64,000 bases of DNA from contig OY762825.2 of NCBI GenBank assembly GCA_963666425.2, forward strand, positions 1 to 64,000, in the 5' to 3' direction. This document shows positions 40,490-52,808 of this stretch, in pieces. The stretch comes from Bacillota bacterium (GTDB lineage Bacteria > Bacillota > JAAYKD01). Below the pieces are notes generated by a model. That model was not told the DNA's origin. It worked only from the letters and a program-made list of their open reading frames with translations, and did no database searches. Made by a program: the position numbers and the translations under genes. How positions within the stretch are numbered: position 1 is the stretch's first letter; every line of letters starts with the position of its first letter.

Positions 40490-41371
40490 ATGCTGGTAAG
40501 TATGACTGGTTTTGGCCGCAGTGAATCCAAAGAGGGCGTGCGGAAATTAAGTATTGAGCTCAAGTCGGTCAACAATCGTTTCTTAGATATTTCGCTGCGC
40601 TGTCCGCGGGATTTGAATAGTTTGGAAGAAAAAATCCGTCAGACGATCTCCGGTTTTGCCAAGCGTGGGCGCATCGATTGTTCTGTTTCGTATCAATACA
40701 GCGGCGAGGACGCTTATGAAGTTCAGGTCAACCTACCTTTGGCTTTAGCCTATCAAAAAGGAGTCACCGCCTTAGCGGAAACCACCGGCTTACAGGAAAC
40801 GGTCACACTGTCACAGCTGCTGACTCTGCCGGATGTGGTTCATGTTGAGCGCCACAGTGAAGAAGTGGATGTCATCTGGCAGGAATTAGAGCCTTTGCTG
40901 CGCCAGGCACTGAGTGAGTTTGCAGCGATGCGCGCGCAGGAAGGGCTGCGTTTGGAGGAGGATTTCCGGCTGCGTCTGACATTGATCCAAACGATGTCAC
41001 AAAGCATTCTGGAAAGAGCCCCCTTGGTTGTGGCGGAATACAGTAAAAAGCTGCAAGCCAAAATGCTGGAACTGTTGAACGGTGTGCAGGTGGAAGAGAC
41101 CAGGCTGCTGACTGAAGTGGCTATGATGGCGAACCGCAGCGATATCACCGAAGAACTGGTTCGTTTGGCCAGCCATGTGCAGCAATTTTATCAGCTATTG
41201 GATGACAAGACAGAACCGGTCGGCAGAAAGTTGGATTTTTTGCTGCAAGAAATGAATCGTGAAGTCAATACCATCGGCTCCAAGGCGAGTGATTATGAAA
41301 TCGGGAAAACCGTAGTCAGCCTGAAAGCGGAGCTGGAGAAAATGCGGGAGCAAATTCAAAACATAGAGTAA
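40490..41371 (+). CDS. yicC: YicC/YloC endoribonuclease
   Basis: SMTGFG, KSVNNRF and GRKLDFLLQEMNREVNTIGSK. Confidence 0.95.
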   Translation: MLVSMTGFGRSESKEGVRKLSIELKSVNNRFLDISLRCPRDLNSLEEKIRQTISGFAKRGRIDCSVSYQYSGEDAYEVQVNLPLALAYQKGVTALAETTGLQETVTLSQLLTLPDVVHVERHSEEVDVIWQELEPLLRQALSEFAAMRAQEGLRLEEDFRLRLTLIQTMSQSILERAPLVVAEYSKKLQAKMLELLNGVQVEETRLLTEVAMMANRSDITEELVRLASHVQQFYQLLDDKTEPVGRKLDFLLQEMNREVNTIGSKASDYEIGKTVVSLKAELEKMREQIQNIE

Positions 41372-41392
41372 AATGCCGGTGGAGGGTTTTTT

Positions 41393-41680
41393 ATGAGTGA
41401 AAACAGTATGGTGAATATTGGCTTTGGTAATTTTGTATCGACCGGAAAGATTATTGCAATTGTCAGTCCGGAATCGAACCCGATTAAGCGTATTGTTCAC
41501 GAAGCCAGAGAAAAAGGCATGGTGATTGATGCGACTTATGGCAGGCGAACCCGCGCCGTTGTCATCACCGACAGCGATCATATTATTCTTTCGGCAGTCC
41601 AACCAGAAACAATTGCCAATCGTCTGGATGCCAAAGAAGAGCGAGAAGAAGATGACGAAGAGAGGATACCTGCAAAATGA
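41393..41680 (+). CDS. remA: RemA (DUF370) regulator
   Basis: [18 protein letters not shown] and SAVQPET. Confidence 0.95.
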   Translation: MSENSMVNIGFGNFVSTGKIIAIVSPESNPIKRIVHEAREKGMVIDATYGRRTRAVVITDSDHIILSAVQPETIANRLDAKEEREEDDEERIPAK

Positions 41681-42303
41681 AGCGTGGTGTTTTATTAGTC
41701 CTTTCTGCTCCATCCGGTGCCGGAAAAGACACTGTTTGTGAAGCTTTACTCAAGGAATTGCCCGATTTAATTTATTCCGTTTCTGCCACAACACGCCCAA
41801 AACGCCATTATGAAGTCGAAGGCGAAAGCTATTTCTTTATGAAACGCGCAGAATTCGAAGAAAAACTGGCTGAGGGTGGTTTCTTGGAACACGCAGATTA
41901 TTTAGGACATCTCTATGGCACACCGCGGGCTTTTGTGGAAAAACAGATTGAAGGCGGCAAATCGGTCATTCTCAAGATCGAAACAAAGGGAGCTGCAAAA
42001 GTAATGGAGACGGTGCACGACGGCGTCTTTATTTTCTTGGTTCCACCGACTTTTGATGATTTGGCCAAACGTTTAAACCATCGCGCCTCTGAATCCATCG
42101 AAGAAATTCAGAAAAGGCTGCAAAAAGCCAAAGATGAGCTGGCGACCGGTCAGAAGTATGAATATGTTGTTGTCAACGATACGGTGGCGCATGCGGTCGA
42201 GCAGATCAAAGCGATTCTTTTATCGGAACAACTCAGATGGCACAATATGTGCGACCTAGAGATATTTTCGCATGCCAATCCCATCCCCCAATGTAATGAT
42301 TAG
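41677..42303 (+). CDS. gmk: Guanylate kinase
   Basis: APSGAGK, SATTR.KR..E and YGTP. Confidence 0.96.
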   Translation: MKRGVLLVLSAPSGAGKDTVCEALLKELPDLIYSVSATTRPKRHYEVEGESYFFMKRAEFEEKLAEGGFLEHADYLGHLYGTPRAFVEKQIEGGKSVILKIETKGAAKVMETVHDGVFIFLVPPTFDDLAKRLNHRASESIEEIQKRLQKAKDELATGQKYEYVVVNDTVAHAVEQIKAILLSEQLRWHNMCDLEIFSHANPIPQCND

Positions 42304-42312
42304 ATAGGAGTA

Positions 42313-42558
42313 ATGAAAATGAGCCGAATCCCTTCTGATGAAATTTATAAACATGCCGACTGTAAGTATACCGCCTGCATCATCACAGCCAAGCGAGCCA
42401 GAGAACTGCAGAACGAGCAACCGAAAGATTCTACCAACAAGCCGCTGCTGCAAGCTTATGATGAATTAATGGATGGGGAATTGACTTATCGTCGCATGAG
42501 TCCCGAAGAATTAGCTGCGGCAGAAGCCAGCAAAGGAAAAGACGAAGCGTCACTCTAA
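42313..42558 (+). CDS. rpoZ: RNA polymerase omega subunit
   Basis: KY......AKRAREL and KPL..A..E; follows gmk. Confidence 0.88.
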   Translation: MKMSRIPSDEIYKHADCKYTACIITAKRARELQNEQPKDSTNKPLLQAYDELMDGELTYRRMSPEELAAAEASKGKDEASL

Positions 42559-42635
42559 AGACGCTCTCAAGAGCGCTCAGCCGATGCAGCTGAAACAAAT
42601 GCAGAACAAGACAGCAAAGCAGTTGTTTTATAGAC

Positions 42636-42671
42636 AAAAAAAAGCAGGGGAGTGATCCTCTGCTTTTTTTT
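42636..42671. terminator. Bidirectional intrinsic terminator
   Basis: A8-GCAGGGG...CCTCTGC-T8 between convergent rpoZ and comB. Confidence 0.85.
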
Positions 42672-42683
42672 ATTGATCAACAG

Positions 42684-43379
42684 TTAGTTCACGGTGGCCT
42701 TTTCCACATAACTGCAACCGTCAGCATCCTGCAGTACCTTTAAGGCAAAGGGAAAGCTGTCGAATGCGGTGGCCATATAAAAATCCTGCGGCGGCGAAAA
42801 AGTAATGTTCTCCGGCTTAAAAAAGCGAGCGCCGGTACCACTGCGCAGGATTTCGATGGCAGCCTGCTGATCATAAGCACGGTTTTCCAATAAGCTTTGC
42901 ATATATTCGGCGCAGAAGGTGTCTTCCTCTGTGGGGTGCAGGTTTTCCTGTCCCATACAGACCAGGCTGACCTGTGCCGGATTTTGCCGACGGATATAGT
43001 CTACATTAGCTTTGGCGTTGGTCAAAGCGCCGACCAAGATTTCTTCTGCCAAAACAGCGGCACCGATGCCTTGCGTACCGGCACTGGTGCAGTGGATTAA
43101 GGTTTTGCCTTGCAGATCCTGCAGACTGATTTCATAAGGTGAATTACCAAAATCGAAGCCCGGCATTTTTCTGGAATGACGTTCGCCAGCTAAGAGCCAG
43201 TCGGGATGCGCTGCTTTCAAAGCCAAAGCATCTTCGATGGCGGCCACAGGGTAGATACGGCTGATCCCCTGACGGAATGCCTGACATTCAACGGTATAGG
43301 CGCGGAATACATCAATGATCACGACAATGCCTTTTGCTTGCGCCGCACCCGCGGTCAATTGTAAAATCTCAATCTTCAT
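42684..43379 (-). CDS. comB: 2-phosphosulfolactate phosphatase family protein
   Basis: VIIDVFRA, LAGER, FDFGNSP, TSAGT and ED..CA. Confidence 0.9.
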   Translation of the reverse strand: MKIEILQLTAGAAQAKGIVVIIDVFRAYTVECQAFRQGISRIYPVAAIEDALALKAAHPDWLLAGERHSRKMPGFDFGNSPYEISLQDLQGKTLIHCTSAGTQGIGAAVLAEEILVGALTNAKANVDYIRRQNPAQVSLVCMGQENLHPTEEDTFCAEYMQSLLENRAYDQQAAIEILRSGTGARFFKPENITFSPPQDFYMATAFDSFPFALKVLQDADGCSYVEKATVN

Positions 43380-43441
43380 GCTGCTGCCTCCTGTTAACCC
43401 GGTTAAAAATGTCTATACCGGATTGATTATTTTGTCCTACT

Positions 43442-43575
43442 ATTCTGGAAAAAAGAGAGAAATCCTGCCTTGCTTTCAATACAAAAATCATTCTTATGCT
43501 TCCTTTGCTGTCAAACATGAAAAATAAGCGATTCTTTAGAAGCAGCAGCAGGAAAATTGCGCAGAGATTGAGAAT
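43442..43575. promoter_or_regulatory. Divergent SigH-like promoters (comB on -, tilS on +)
   Basis: Minus strand GCAGGATTT...GAAT at 43468-43442; plus strand GCAGGAAAA...GAAT at 43548-43575. Confidence 0.45.
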
Positions 43576-43603
43576 TATAGTTGTATTTGGAGTGTGAAGA
43601 ACA

Positions 43604-44983
43604 ATGATCCAAAGAATCAGAGCAATTATCGAGACAAATCAATTATTCAATAAGGGAGAGAGGCTGCTGATTGGCGTATCGGGTGGCCCTGACTCCCTTT
43701 TTCTGCTTCTCGTTCTGCATGCTTTAGCCACGGATTTTCAATGGCAGCTTGCCGTCGCTCATCTCAATCATGGCCTGCGCGGGCAGGAAGCCTGTGAAGA
43801 AGAGGCATTCGTGCAGCAATGGGCAGAAAAATTAGGGCTGCCTTTTTTTCATCAGCGTACAGATATTCGGGCGTTGGCTCAAGTCAGAAAACTGGGGGAA
43901 GAGGAAGCCGGCCGTTTTGCCCGTTATACTTTCTTTCAGAAAGCGGCAGCCGAATTTCAGGCTACCGCGCTTGTTCTGGGCCATCAGGCAGACGATCAAG
44001 TGGAGAATTTTTTTCTGAGACTGCTGCGCGGCAGCGGCTCGGTTGGTTTATCGGCAATGCCAATCACGCGGCCGCTGACAGATCAGCTCCGCCTGGTTCG
44101 CCCCTTAGTTTCGATCAGCCACGCCGAAATCATCGCCTGGCTGGAAGCACATCAGATCGTCTATTGTCTGGATCCCTCCAACAACAGCAATGCCTATCAG
44201 CGTAACCAAATCCGCCATCATTTGTTTGGGCAACTGCGAGAAATCGCACCTGCTTTTGAACCGCACATTCTGCATACGCAGGAACTGTTGGCGGCAGATG
44301 AAGCCTACTTACAGGGTGCCATGGAGCAGGCTGCGGCGGCGTTGCCACAGGATCCTTTTGGCTTCTGCTCGATGGCGACAGCGGATTATTTGCGGATGTC
44401 TCCGGTTTTGCGTTCGCGCTGGCTGCGGCAGCAATTTTTTCTGCTCAAGCAAGGAGAAGAAAATCTGCAGTATCAGCATCATCAGGAAATTGAACGGCAG
44501 ATCAGAGCAAAAACCAGTGCTTGGCAATATTCCCTGCCGGGAAAAGTAATTTTCCGACTCAGCTGCGGCAGATTATTTCTGCTGCCAGCCGAGACAGTGC
44601 CGGTGCAGCTGGAGCGAACCTACACGCTGCCGCCGACAGACCAGTGGCCCTGCAGCAGGAGTCTTGCTGGCTGCGGCACACTCTTCTTTGCTTCTCTGCC
44701 GGCAGCCATGCGTAAGCAAGCCGGTGTGCTGGGTGAACAGGCCTTACAGCAGTCCTTCCATTTACGCAATTGGCGAAAGGGAGATCGGATCGCGCTGTCG
44801 AATGGTGGTCATAAGAGCGTGGCTGACTTCTGGCAGGAAAACTCTATCCCACTGCCCTGGCGCTTTCGATATCCGTTGTTTTTGCTGGGGGAGACGATTG
44901 TTTTTATTCCCGGTCTTTATACAGCGCTTGCTCTGCAGCCACAGCAGGCAGAAAAGCAAGTTTATCGCATTCTCCTGCAATAG
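43604..44983 (+). CDS. tilS: tRNA(Ile)-lysidine synthetase
   Basis: SGGPDS PP-loop, HLNHGLR, R.ARY, H..DDQ.E, DPSN and RNQIR. Confidence 0.96.
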   Translation: MIQRIRAIIETNQLFNKGERLLIGVSGGPDSLFLLLVLHALATDFQWQLAVAHLNHGLRGQEACEEEAFVQQWAEKLGLPFFHQRTDIRALAQVRKLGEEEAGRFARYTFFQKAAAEFQATALVLGHQADDQVENFFLRLLRGSGSVGLSAMPITRPLTDQLRLVRPLVSISHAEIIAWLEAHQIVYCLDPSNNSNAYQRNQIRHHLFGQLREIAPAFEPHILHTQELLAADEAYLQGAMEQAAAALPQDPFGFCSMATADYLRMSPVLRSRWLRQQFFLLKQGEENLQYQHHQEIERQIRAKTSAWQYSLPGKVIFRLSCGRLFLLPAETVPVQLERTYTLPPTDQWPCSRSLAGCGTLFFASLPAAMRKQAGVLGEQALQQSFHLRNWRKGDRIALSNGGHKSVADFWQENSIPLPWRFRYPLFLLGETIVFIPGLYTALALQPQQAEKQVYRILLQ

Positions 44984-45090
44984 ACATAAAATTGTTAAGA
45001 ATAAGCACTTATCAGAATGAAGAAATTATGTTACAATAATATATTACAGGTGTAATACCGTCTCGGGAGTGAGAGGAAAGGAAAAATCCT

Positions 45091-45645
45091 ATGAATTTAG
45101 AGAACAACATCGAGCGTGTTTATCTTAGTGCTGAGACTTTGGCGGCAAAAGTAGAGGAAATTGGCAAGCAAGTCAGCAGCTTTTACGCGCCGGATGACGA
45201 ATTGGTAGTGGTCGGCGTTTTGAACGGGTCTTTTTGCTTTATGGCGGATCTGGTAAGGAAAATCCAGCAGCCTGTAACCGTGGAATTTTTCGGCTGCTCC
45301 AGTTATGGTAAAAGCACAGAAACCAGTGGCAATCTGAAGATCACCAAAGATCTGGATCATGATATCAACGGTAAAAATGTCTTGATAGTGGAAGATATTA
45401 TTGATTCCGGCTTGACACTGTTCCGTATGAAAGCCCTGCTGAGCAAAAGAAATCCCAAATCGATCCGGGTCGCGGTACTCTTGGATAAACCCAACCGCCG
45501 CAAAGTAGAGATCACGGGCGATTTCACCGGTTTTGAAATTGAAGATTACTTTGTCGTCGGGTATGGTTTGGACTATGCGGACAAATATAGAAATCTGCCT
45601 TACATTGGCATTTTAAAACCGCAGGCGTATGCACTGCAAAGTTAA
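45091..45645 (+). CDS. hpt: Hypoxanthine phosphoribosyltransferase
   Basis: VEDIIDSGLTL and FVVGYGLD...YRNL. Confidence 0.96.
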   Translation: MNLENNIERVYLSAETLAAKVEEIGKQVSSFYAPDDELVVVGVLNGSFCFMADLVRKIQQPVTVEFFGCSSYGKSTETSGNLKITKDLDHDINGKNVLIVEDIIDSGLTLFRMKALLSKRNPKSIRVAVLLDKPNRRKVEITGDFTGFEIEDYFVVGYGLDYADKYRNLPYIGILKPQAYALQS

Positions 45646-45687
45646 CCAACAGAGCAAACGATTTTTGATATTGAGAGGAGTATCCAT

Positions 45688-47538
45688 TTGAAAAAGTTAT
45701 TGCGTTCAGCACCGCTTTATTTGCTGATCATCCTAATTGCCGTCGCCGTTTTGAATTTCTTCATGACAGAACAGACGCAGCCGTTGGCACTGGAATATAA
45801 TACTTTCCGGGAGTATCTGAGCAACGGTCAAATCAGCGCAGTCGTCCAGACAGCTCAGGAAATCAACGGCAGCTTAACTGACGGCAGTACGTTTACCACC
45901 GTAATACCGGAAGCGGACGAAGAAGTGGTCAATAAGCTGATTTTAGAGAATACCGTCAAATATCAAGTGAAACTGCCGCCAGAAACACCCTGGTGGACCG
46001 GTTTGCTCAATACCTTATTTATGTTCGGCTTATTCATTGCTTTCTATTACTTCTTTATGCAGCAAAATAATGGCGGTGGCAATAAAGTGATGTCGTTCGG
46101 CCGCAGCCGTGCCAAACTGCAGCAAGGCGGCGCCAAGCAGATCACCTTTAAAGATGTCGCCGGTTACGAAGAGGTGAAGGAAGAACTGCAGGAAATCGTA
46201 GAATTCCTGCGGCAGCCAAAACGCTTTGTCGATATGGGTGCCCGTATCCCCAAAGGAGTCCTGCTCTATGGCCCACCGGGAACCGGTAAAACCTGGATGG
46301 CCAAAGCAGTAGCCGGGGAAGCAGGAGTTCCTTTCTTCAGCATCAGCGGCTCCGATTTTGTTGAAATGTTTGTTGGTGTTGGTGCCTCGCGTGTGCGTGA
46401 TTTATTCGAAACCGCCAAAAAGAGCGCTCCCTGTATTGTTTTCATCGATGAAATTGATGCGGTTGGCCGACAAAGAGGCGCCGGTCTGGGCGGTGGACAC
46501 GATGAACGTGAGCAGACACTCAATCAGCTGCTGGTGGAGATGGATGGTTTTGAAGCCAACGATGGTATCATCATCCTTGCCGCTACCAACCGTCCCGATA
46601 TTCTCGACCCTGCTTTGCTGCGCCCGGGCCGTTTTGACCGCCAGGTCGCCGTGGATCGCCCCGATGTCAGTGAAAGAGAAGCGGTTCTGCAGGTGCATGT
46701 GCGCAACAAACCATTGGCGGAAGGCATTAATTTAAAAATCATCGCGCGCTCGACGCCGGGTTTCACCCCGGCTGATTTGGAGAACTTAGTCAACGAAGCC
46801 GCTCTGCTGGCAGCCAGACGGGATAAAACGAAAATAGAAATGTCTGATATGGAAGAAGCCATCAATCGTGTGATTGCCGGGCCGGCCAAAAAATCACGGC
46901 TGATGAGTGAAAAAGAAAAGAAACTCAGCGCTTATCACGAAGCGGGACACGCCATTGTAGCGCATTATTTGACGGATTTTGATCCGGTACATATGGTGAC
47001 TATCGTTCCCCGCGGACGGGCGGGCGGCTTTACTTCCGTGGTACCGGAAGAAGACCGCTATTATGTCACAAAGAAAGATATTTATAACTCCATCGCCTAT
47101 GCCTTAGGCGGACGCGTGGCAGAAAGCATGGTCTTTGGCGAAGTATCGACCGGAGCCAGCAATGATTTGGAGCGCGTGACCGATATGGCGCATCGTTTGG
47201 TGACGGAATATGGCATGAGTGAAAAGCTCGGACCGATGACCTTCGGCAATAAACAGCACGAAGTCTTCCTCGGCAGGGATCTCTCTCAGGGAAGAACTTA
47301 TAGTGAAGAAGTAGCCGCTGTCATCGATGAGGAAGTGCGTTTGGTGGTGGATTCCTGTTACAAACAGGCGACCGCACTGTTGCAGCTGCATCGGGCGAAA
47401 CTGGATCTGCTGGCGGAAACCTTAATGGAAAAAGAAACCGTCAAGGGTGAGGAACTGAACGCTTTGTTTGCTCAGATCGCTGCTCTAACCGAGAACGGCC
47501 TCAAGACAGCACAGGGAGAGGATGAAACAATTGAATAA
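45688..47538 (+). CDS. ftsH: ATP-dependent zinc metalloprotease FtsH
   Basis: Two TMs, [24 protein letters not shown] and HEAGH. Confidence 0.99.
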   Translation: MKKLLRSAPLYLLIILIAVAVLNFFMTEQTQPLALEYNTFREYLSNGQISAVVQTAQEINGSLTDGSTFTTVIPEADEEVVNKLILENTVKYQVKLPPETPWWTGLLNTLFMFGLFIAFYYFFMQQNNGGGNKVMSFGRSRAKLQQGGAKQITFKDVAGYEEVKEELQEIVEFLRQPKRFVDMGARIPKGVLLYGPPGTGKTWMAKAVAGEAGVPFFSISGSDFVEMFVGVGASRVRDLFETAKKSAPCIVFIDEIDAVGRQRGAGLGGGHDEREQTLNQLLVEMDGFEANDGIIILAATNRPDILDPALLRPGRFDRQVAVDRPDVSEREAVLQVHVRNKPLAEGINLKIIARSTPGFTPADLENLVNEAALLAARRDKTKIEMSDMEEAINRVIAGPAKKSRLMSEKEKKLSAYHEAGHAIVAHYLTDFDPVHMVTIVPRGRAGGFTSVVPEEDRYYVTKKDIYNSIAYALGGRVAESMVFGEVSTGASNDLERVTDMAHRLVTEYGMSEKLGPMTFGNKQHEVFLGRDLSQGRTYSEEVAAVIDEEVRLVVDSCYKQATALLQLHRAKLDLLAETLMEKETVKGEELNALFAQIAALTENGLKTAQGEDETIE

Positions 47539-48163
47539 CTTGCTTGATCTCACGGTCAACGATTTTTTACAGGAACTGTCATCTGATTCACCTGCTCCCG
47601 GTGGTGGTTCCGTCTCCGCTTTTGCCATAGCCATGGCAGCTTCTTTGACTGAAATGGTCGCAAATCTGACCTTAGGCAGAAAGAAATACGCCGAGGTTAG
47701 CGCAGAAATGACGGAATTGCTGGCGTTGGCAGCGAAGCATGCCTTAGCAGCCAGACATTTGGTAGATTTAGACAGCGAAGCCTACACGCAGGTCATGCAG
47801 GCTTATCAGCTGCCCAAAGAGACAGCGGCAGAGAAAAGCGCGCGTCGTGCAGCGATTTTAGCTGCCACCCGAAATGCCATCGAGGTACCCAAACAAACCG
47901 CCTCACTCGCTTATGAAGTCATGAAACTGGTGCAGGTTGCTTTAGCCAAAGGCAACAGCAACACGGCCAGTGACGGTCTGGTCGCTTCCTATTTGGCATT
48001 AGCGGGCTGTAAAGGAGCGATTGCCAATATCAGGATCAATCTGACCGGGTTGAAAGAGCCTGAGGAAGCGGCGGAGTATGATCAGTTTTGTCAGGATCTG
48101 CTGGTAAAAATGGAAGCGTTGGCACTGCAGGCAGAAATCCGAGCGAAACCTACCTTAGGCTAA
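47522..48163 (+). CDS. Cyclodeaminase/cyclohydrolase (FTCD C-terminal / FchA family)
   Basis: S.SPAPGGGS, MVANLT, D..AY, GN.N..SD and NIRINL. Confidence 0.9.
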   Translation: MKQLNNLLDLTVNDFLQELSSDSPAPGGGSVSAFAIAMAASLTEMVANLTLGRKKYAEVSAEMTELLALAAKHALAARHLVDLDSEAYTQVMQAYQLPKETAAEKSARRAAILAATRNAIEVPKQTASLAYEVMKLVQVALAKGNSNTASDGLVASYLALAGCKGAIANIRINLTGLKEPEEAAEYDQFCQDLLVKMEALALQAEIRAKPTLG

Positions 48164-48208
48164 CGCGAATTCAGTAATAGGAAAATCCTCACTAAAGGAG
48201 AGCATAAG

Positions 48209-49924
48209 ATGAAAATGTCAAAAATGTTCGGCCGGACGATCCGCGAAGTTCCTGCCGAAGCCGAGATAGACAGCCATAAACTCCTGCTGCGGGCAGGATT
48301 AGTCCGAAAAATGGCCTCCGGTATCTATCAATATGATCCACTGGCCTGGCGCTCGATGAAAAAGATTCAGGAGATCCTCCGCTCGGAGATGGATGGCGTG
48401 GGGGCGCAGGAAATCAATATGCCCCTGGCGCAGCCGGCCGAATTGTGGCAGGAATCGGGGCGTTGGTATAGTGTCGGTCCCGAAATGGCCCGCTTTAAAG
48501 ACCGCAGCGGCCGCGATATGGTCTTGGCCATCACGCATGAGGAAGCCGTTACGGATCTGGTGCGCAACGAAATTAACAGTTATAAGCAATTGCCACTGGC
48601 TTTGTATCAAATCCAGATGAAGTTTCGCGATGAAGCCCGCCCGCGCGCCGGTTTGATTCGGGTGCGTGAGTTTTATATGAAGGACGCCTATAGCTTTCAT
48701 CAATCGGAAGCAGATCTGGATGCTTATTATGAAGTAATGACGCAAGCCTATTTCCGTATTTTCCATCGCGCGGGTTTGGATGTGATTACTGTCAAATCGG
48801 ACAATGGCAATATCGGCGGTAAAGTCTCGCATGAGTATATGTATGTTACTCCCATAGGCGAAGACAGCCTGATTTTATGTGACCAGTGCAATTATGCCGC
48901 CAATCAGGAAGTTGCCGAGACTCAAAGCTGGGTAAACTCTCCGGCAGAAATGCTGCCTTTGGAGGAAGTATTTACGCCAGGCAGCAAAACGATTGCTCAA
49001 GTAGCCGCTTATCTGCAAGCCGAAGCGCAGGATTGTCTGAAAGCACTCTTCTATGTATCCAAAGGGCAATTGATCATGATTGCCATCCGCGGCGACTTGG
49101 AACTCAATGAATTGAAGCTGAAGAAAATTCTGGATGATGCCAATGTCCGTTTGGCCAATGAAGATGAAGTGAGCCGGGCAGGAATCGTAGCCGGATACGC
49201 TTCACCCATCGGTTATGAAGGCAGAATTTTAGTGGACGCTTCCATTGTGGCAGGTAAAAACTGGATCGCCGGTGCCAATAAAGCAGAACATCATCTGCGC
49301 AATGTCAATCTTGACCGTGATTTCAAGGCCGAAGGACCATATGATTTGGTTTCAGTCAAAGCCGGAGCGCTTTGCCCCGTTTGCGGCGGCTCTTTGCGGG
49401 AAGCGCGTGGCGTGGAGGTTGGCAATATCTTTAAACTGGGTACCAAGTATTCTTCCTCCATGAAAGCGACATTCTTAGATGAAAACGGAGAAAATCTGCC
49501 TTTGGTGATGGGCTGTTACGGCATCGGTTTAGGACGTTTGCTTTCCTGCACCATAGAAGAACATCATGATGCAGCCGGGATTATCTGGCCGATGACCGTC
49601 GCTCCTTATCACGTCTATTTATGTTCTGTCGGTGGCAATGATGATGTAGTGGCCAAAGCGGATCAACTCTATCAGGAAATGCAGGATGCCGGGATCGAAG
49701 TTTTATATGATGACCGCGATCTGCGCCCCGGGGTGAAATTTAACGATGCGGACTTGATTGGTCTGCCGATTCGTGTGATTGTTTCCGCTCGCAGCTTAGC
49801 TGCCGAGCAGGTAGAACTGAAAGAGCGCAAAAAACAGGAAGCAGTTAAATTGTCCTTGCAGGAAGCAATTCCCTTCATTCAGAATTTGATTCAAACTGAA
49901 TTGACCGCCTGGAAAAATCAATAA
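48209..49924 (+). CDS. proS: Proline--tRNA ligase (with INS editing domain)
   Basis: WQESGRW, THEE, KFRDEARPR, REF.MKDAYSF, GNIFKLG and MGCYGIG. Confidence 0.98.
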   Translation: MKMSKMFGRTIREVPAEAEIDSHKLLLRAGLVRKMASGIYQYDPLAWRSMKKIQEILRSEMDGVGAQEINMPLAQPAELWQESGRWYSVGPEMARFKDRSGRDMVLAITHEEAVTDLVRNEINSYKQLPLALYQIQMKFRDEARPRAGLIRVREFYMKDAYSFHQSEADLDAYYEVMTQAYFRIFHRAGLDVITVKSDNGNIGGKVSHEYMYVTPIGEDSLILCDQCNYAANQEVAETQSWVNSPAEMLPLEEVFTPGSKTIAQVAAYLQAEAQDCLKALFYVSKGQLIMIAIRGDLELNELKLKKILDDANVRLANEDEVSRAGIVAGYASPIGYEGRILVDASIVAGKNWIAGANKAEHHLRNVNLDRDFKAEGPYDLVSVKAGALCPVCGGSLREARGVEVGNIFKLGTKYSSSMKATFLDENGENLPLVMGCYGIGLGRLLSCTIEEHHDAAGIIWPMTVAPYHVYLCSVGGNDDVVAKADQLYQEMQDAGIEVLYDDRDLRPGVKFNDADLIGLPIRVIVSARSLAAEQVELKERKKQEAVKLSLQEAIPFIQNLIQTELTAWKNQ

Positions 49925-49932
49925 CAAGCATC

Positions 49933-49975
49933 AAATTGCGTGATTCTTTCCATAGGAGATGAATCACGCAATTTT
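49933..49975 (+). terminator. Intrinsic terminator after proS
   Basis: AAATTGCGTGATTC / GAATCACGCAATTT 14-bp stem. Confidence 0.8.
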
Positions 49976-50172
49976 ACATAGGTTTTATTATTTTCCTCTT
50001 GTTCTCTGAATTTGTTTGGGTGTATAATGAAACCATGGAGAAATCCCATACTTGCCAGAGGAGCGTAAGGAATCAACGCCATTCGCTCCGGAAGAAGAGG
50101 AAACTTGACCGAACCAGCAGATGGTTTATCGGTATGAAAGTAATAGAGATCGAAAGAGGAAGGAGTCTAGCG

Positions 50173-51921
<1,749 letters not shown>

Positions 51922-51932
51922 AAAATAAGAAC

Positions 51933-51994
51933 GAGCCAAGGGGACGGGGGTGTTGGCACATACTAATGTGCCAACACCCCCGTCCCCTTGGCTC
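51933..51994. repeat. Inverted doublet of the dispersed repeat (perfect ~28-bp hairpin)
   Basis: GAG+repeat(51936-51960), TACTAA, reverse-complement repeat (51967-51991)+CTC; lies between convergent pyk and crcB. Confidence 0.97.
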
Positions 51995-52001
51995 CCTTGG
52001 T

Positions 52002-52373
52002 TCAGAATGACCTGACCATTGCTTCAGCACCGGCAACCGATAGGATGCACAAAGTAACACTTAAACCAATATAGATTAAAGCGCTGAAAGTCTGTCCGTT
52101 TTGAAAAAGCTGATGAGATTCTAGTGAAAAAGTAGAAAATGTGGTGAAACCACCGCACAAGCCTACTTTCAGAAATAAAATCATATGCTCATCGACATGG
52201 CTGGACTTCGCTGCGGTAGCTGCAATGAGACCGATGACAAACGAACCGGTGATGTTGATGATTAAAGTCGTGATCGGCAAGTTCATTTGAGATTTGATTG
52301 GCATCTGACTGAGCAGATAGCGGAAGATTGAACCCAAAAAGCCTCCGATGCCAACAAAGAAACAATTCAGCAT
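52002..52373 (-). CDS. crcB: Fluoride efflux channel CrcB/FluC
   Basis: GGFLGS.FRY, NITGSF and GGFTTFSTFS.E. Confidence 0.96.
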   Translation of the reverse strand: MLNCFFVGIGGFLGSIFRYLLSQMPIKSQMNLPITTLIINITGSFVIGLIAATAAKSSHVDEHMILFLKVGLCGGFTTFSTFSLESHQLFQNGQTFSALIYIGLSVTLCILSVAGAEAMVRSF

Positions 52374-52555
52374 AGTGATCTCCTTTATTTTTGTTGCTTA
52401 TGGGAGTAATGAATTCTCATTTTGCTAGCTTAACATTTTTCGAAAACAAAGTCAATTCAAAACTGACTGCACCGCATCAATACGTTTCGTATGCAAAACC
52501 GAAAATAAAAGGGATCTCTGCTCGAAGAGAAGAATTGGAATAAATGAAATAAAAA

Positions 52556-52584
52556 TGTGCCAACACCCCCGTCCCCTTGGCACA
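52556..52584 (-). repeat. Dispersed repeat, single 29-bp copy
   Basis: TGTGCCAACACCCCCGTCCCCTTGGCACA. Confidence 0.95.
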
Positions 52585-52808
52585 GGGAACAAATTGAGGA
52601 ATTCTACGACTAACTAATATAACTTCTGCATCAGGTTGATAGGGAGCTGTCTGGCGTGAGGGAAAGGACGGATTTTCCAATTGGGGAGAAGAAAGGATGA
52701 TTTTATGAAACGCTTGGTTTTTTGGTTAGGCATGGACGATCGAATCAATGCCGTTTTGCATCAGCAGAGCCACGGTGGCGGGGGATTTTACTTAAAACAG
52801 GTGTCGAA

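Noticed and set aside
48164-48208. T-box leader before proS
   Set aside because: Only 45 bp of intergenic space.
52374-52500. Fluoride riboswitch upstream of crcB
   Set aside because: No complete consensus is recognisable on the minus strand, and a TTGACT-17-TAAGCT promoter-like site leaves too short a leader.
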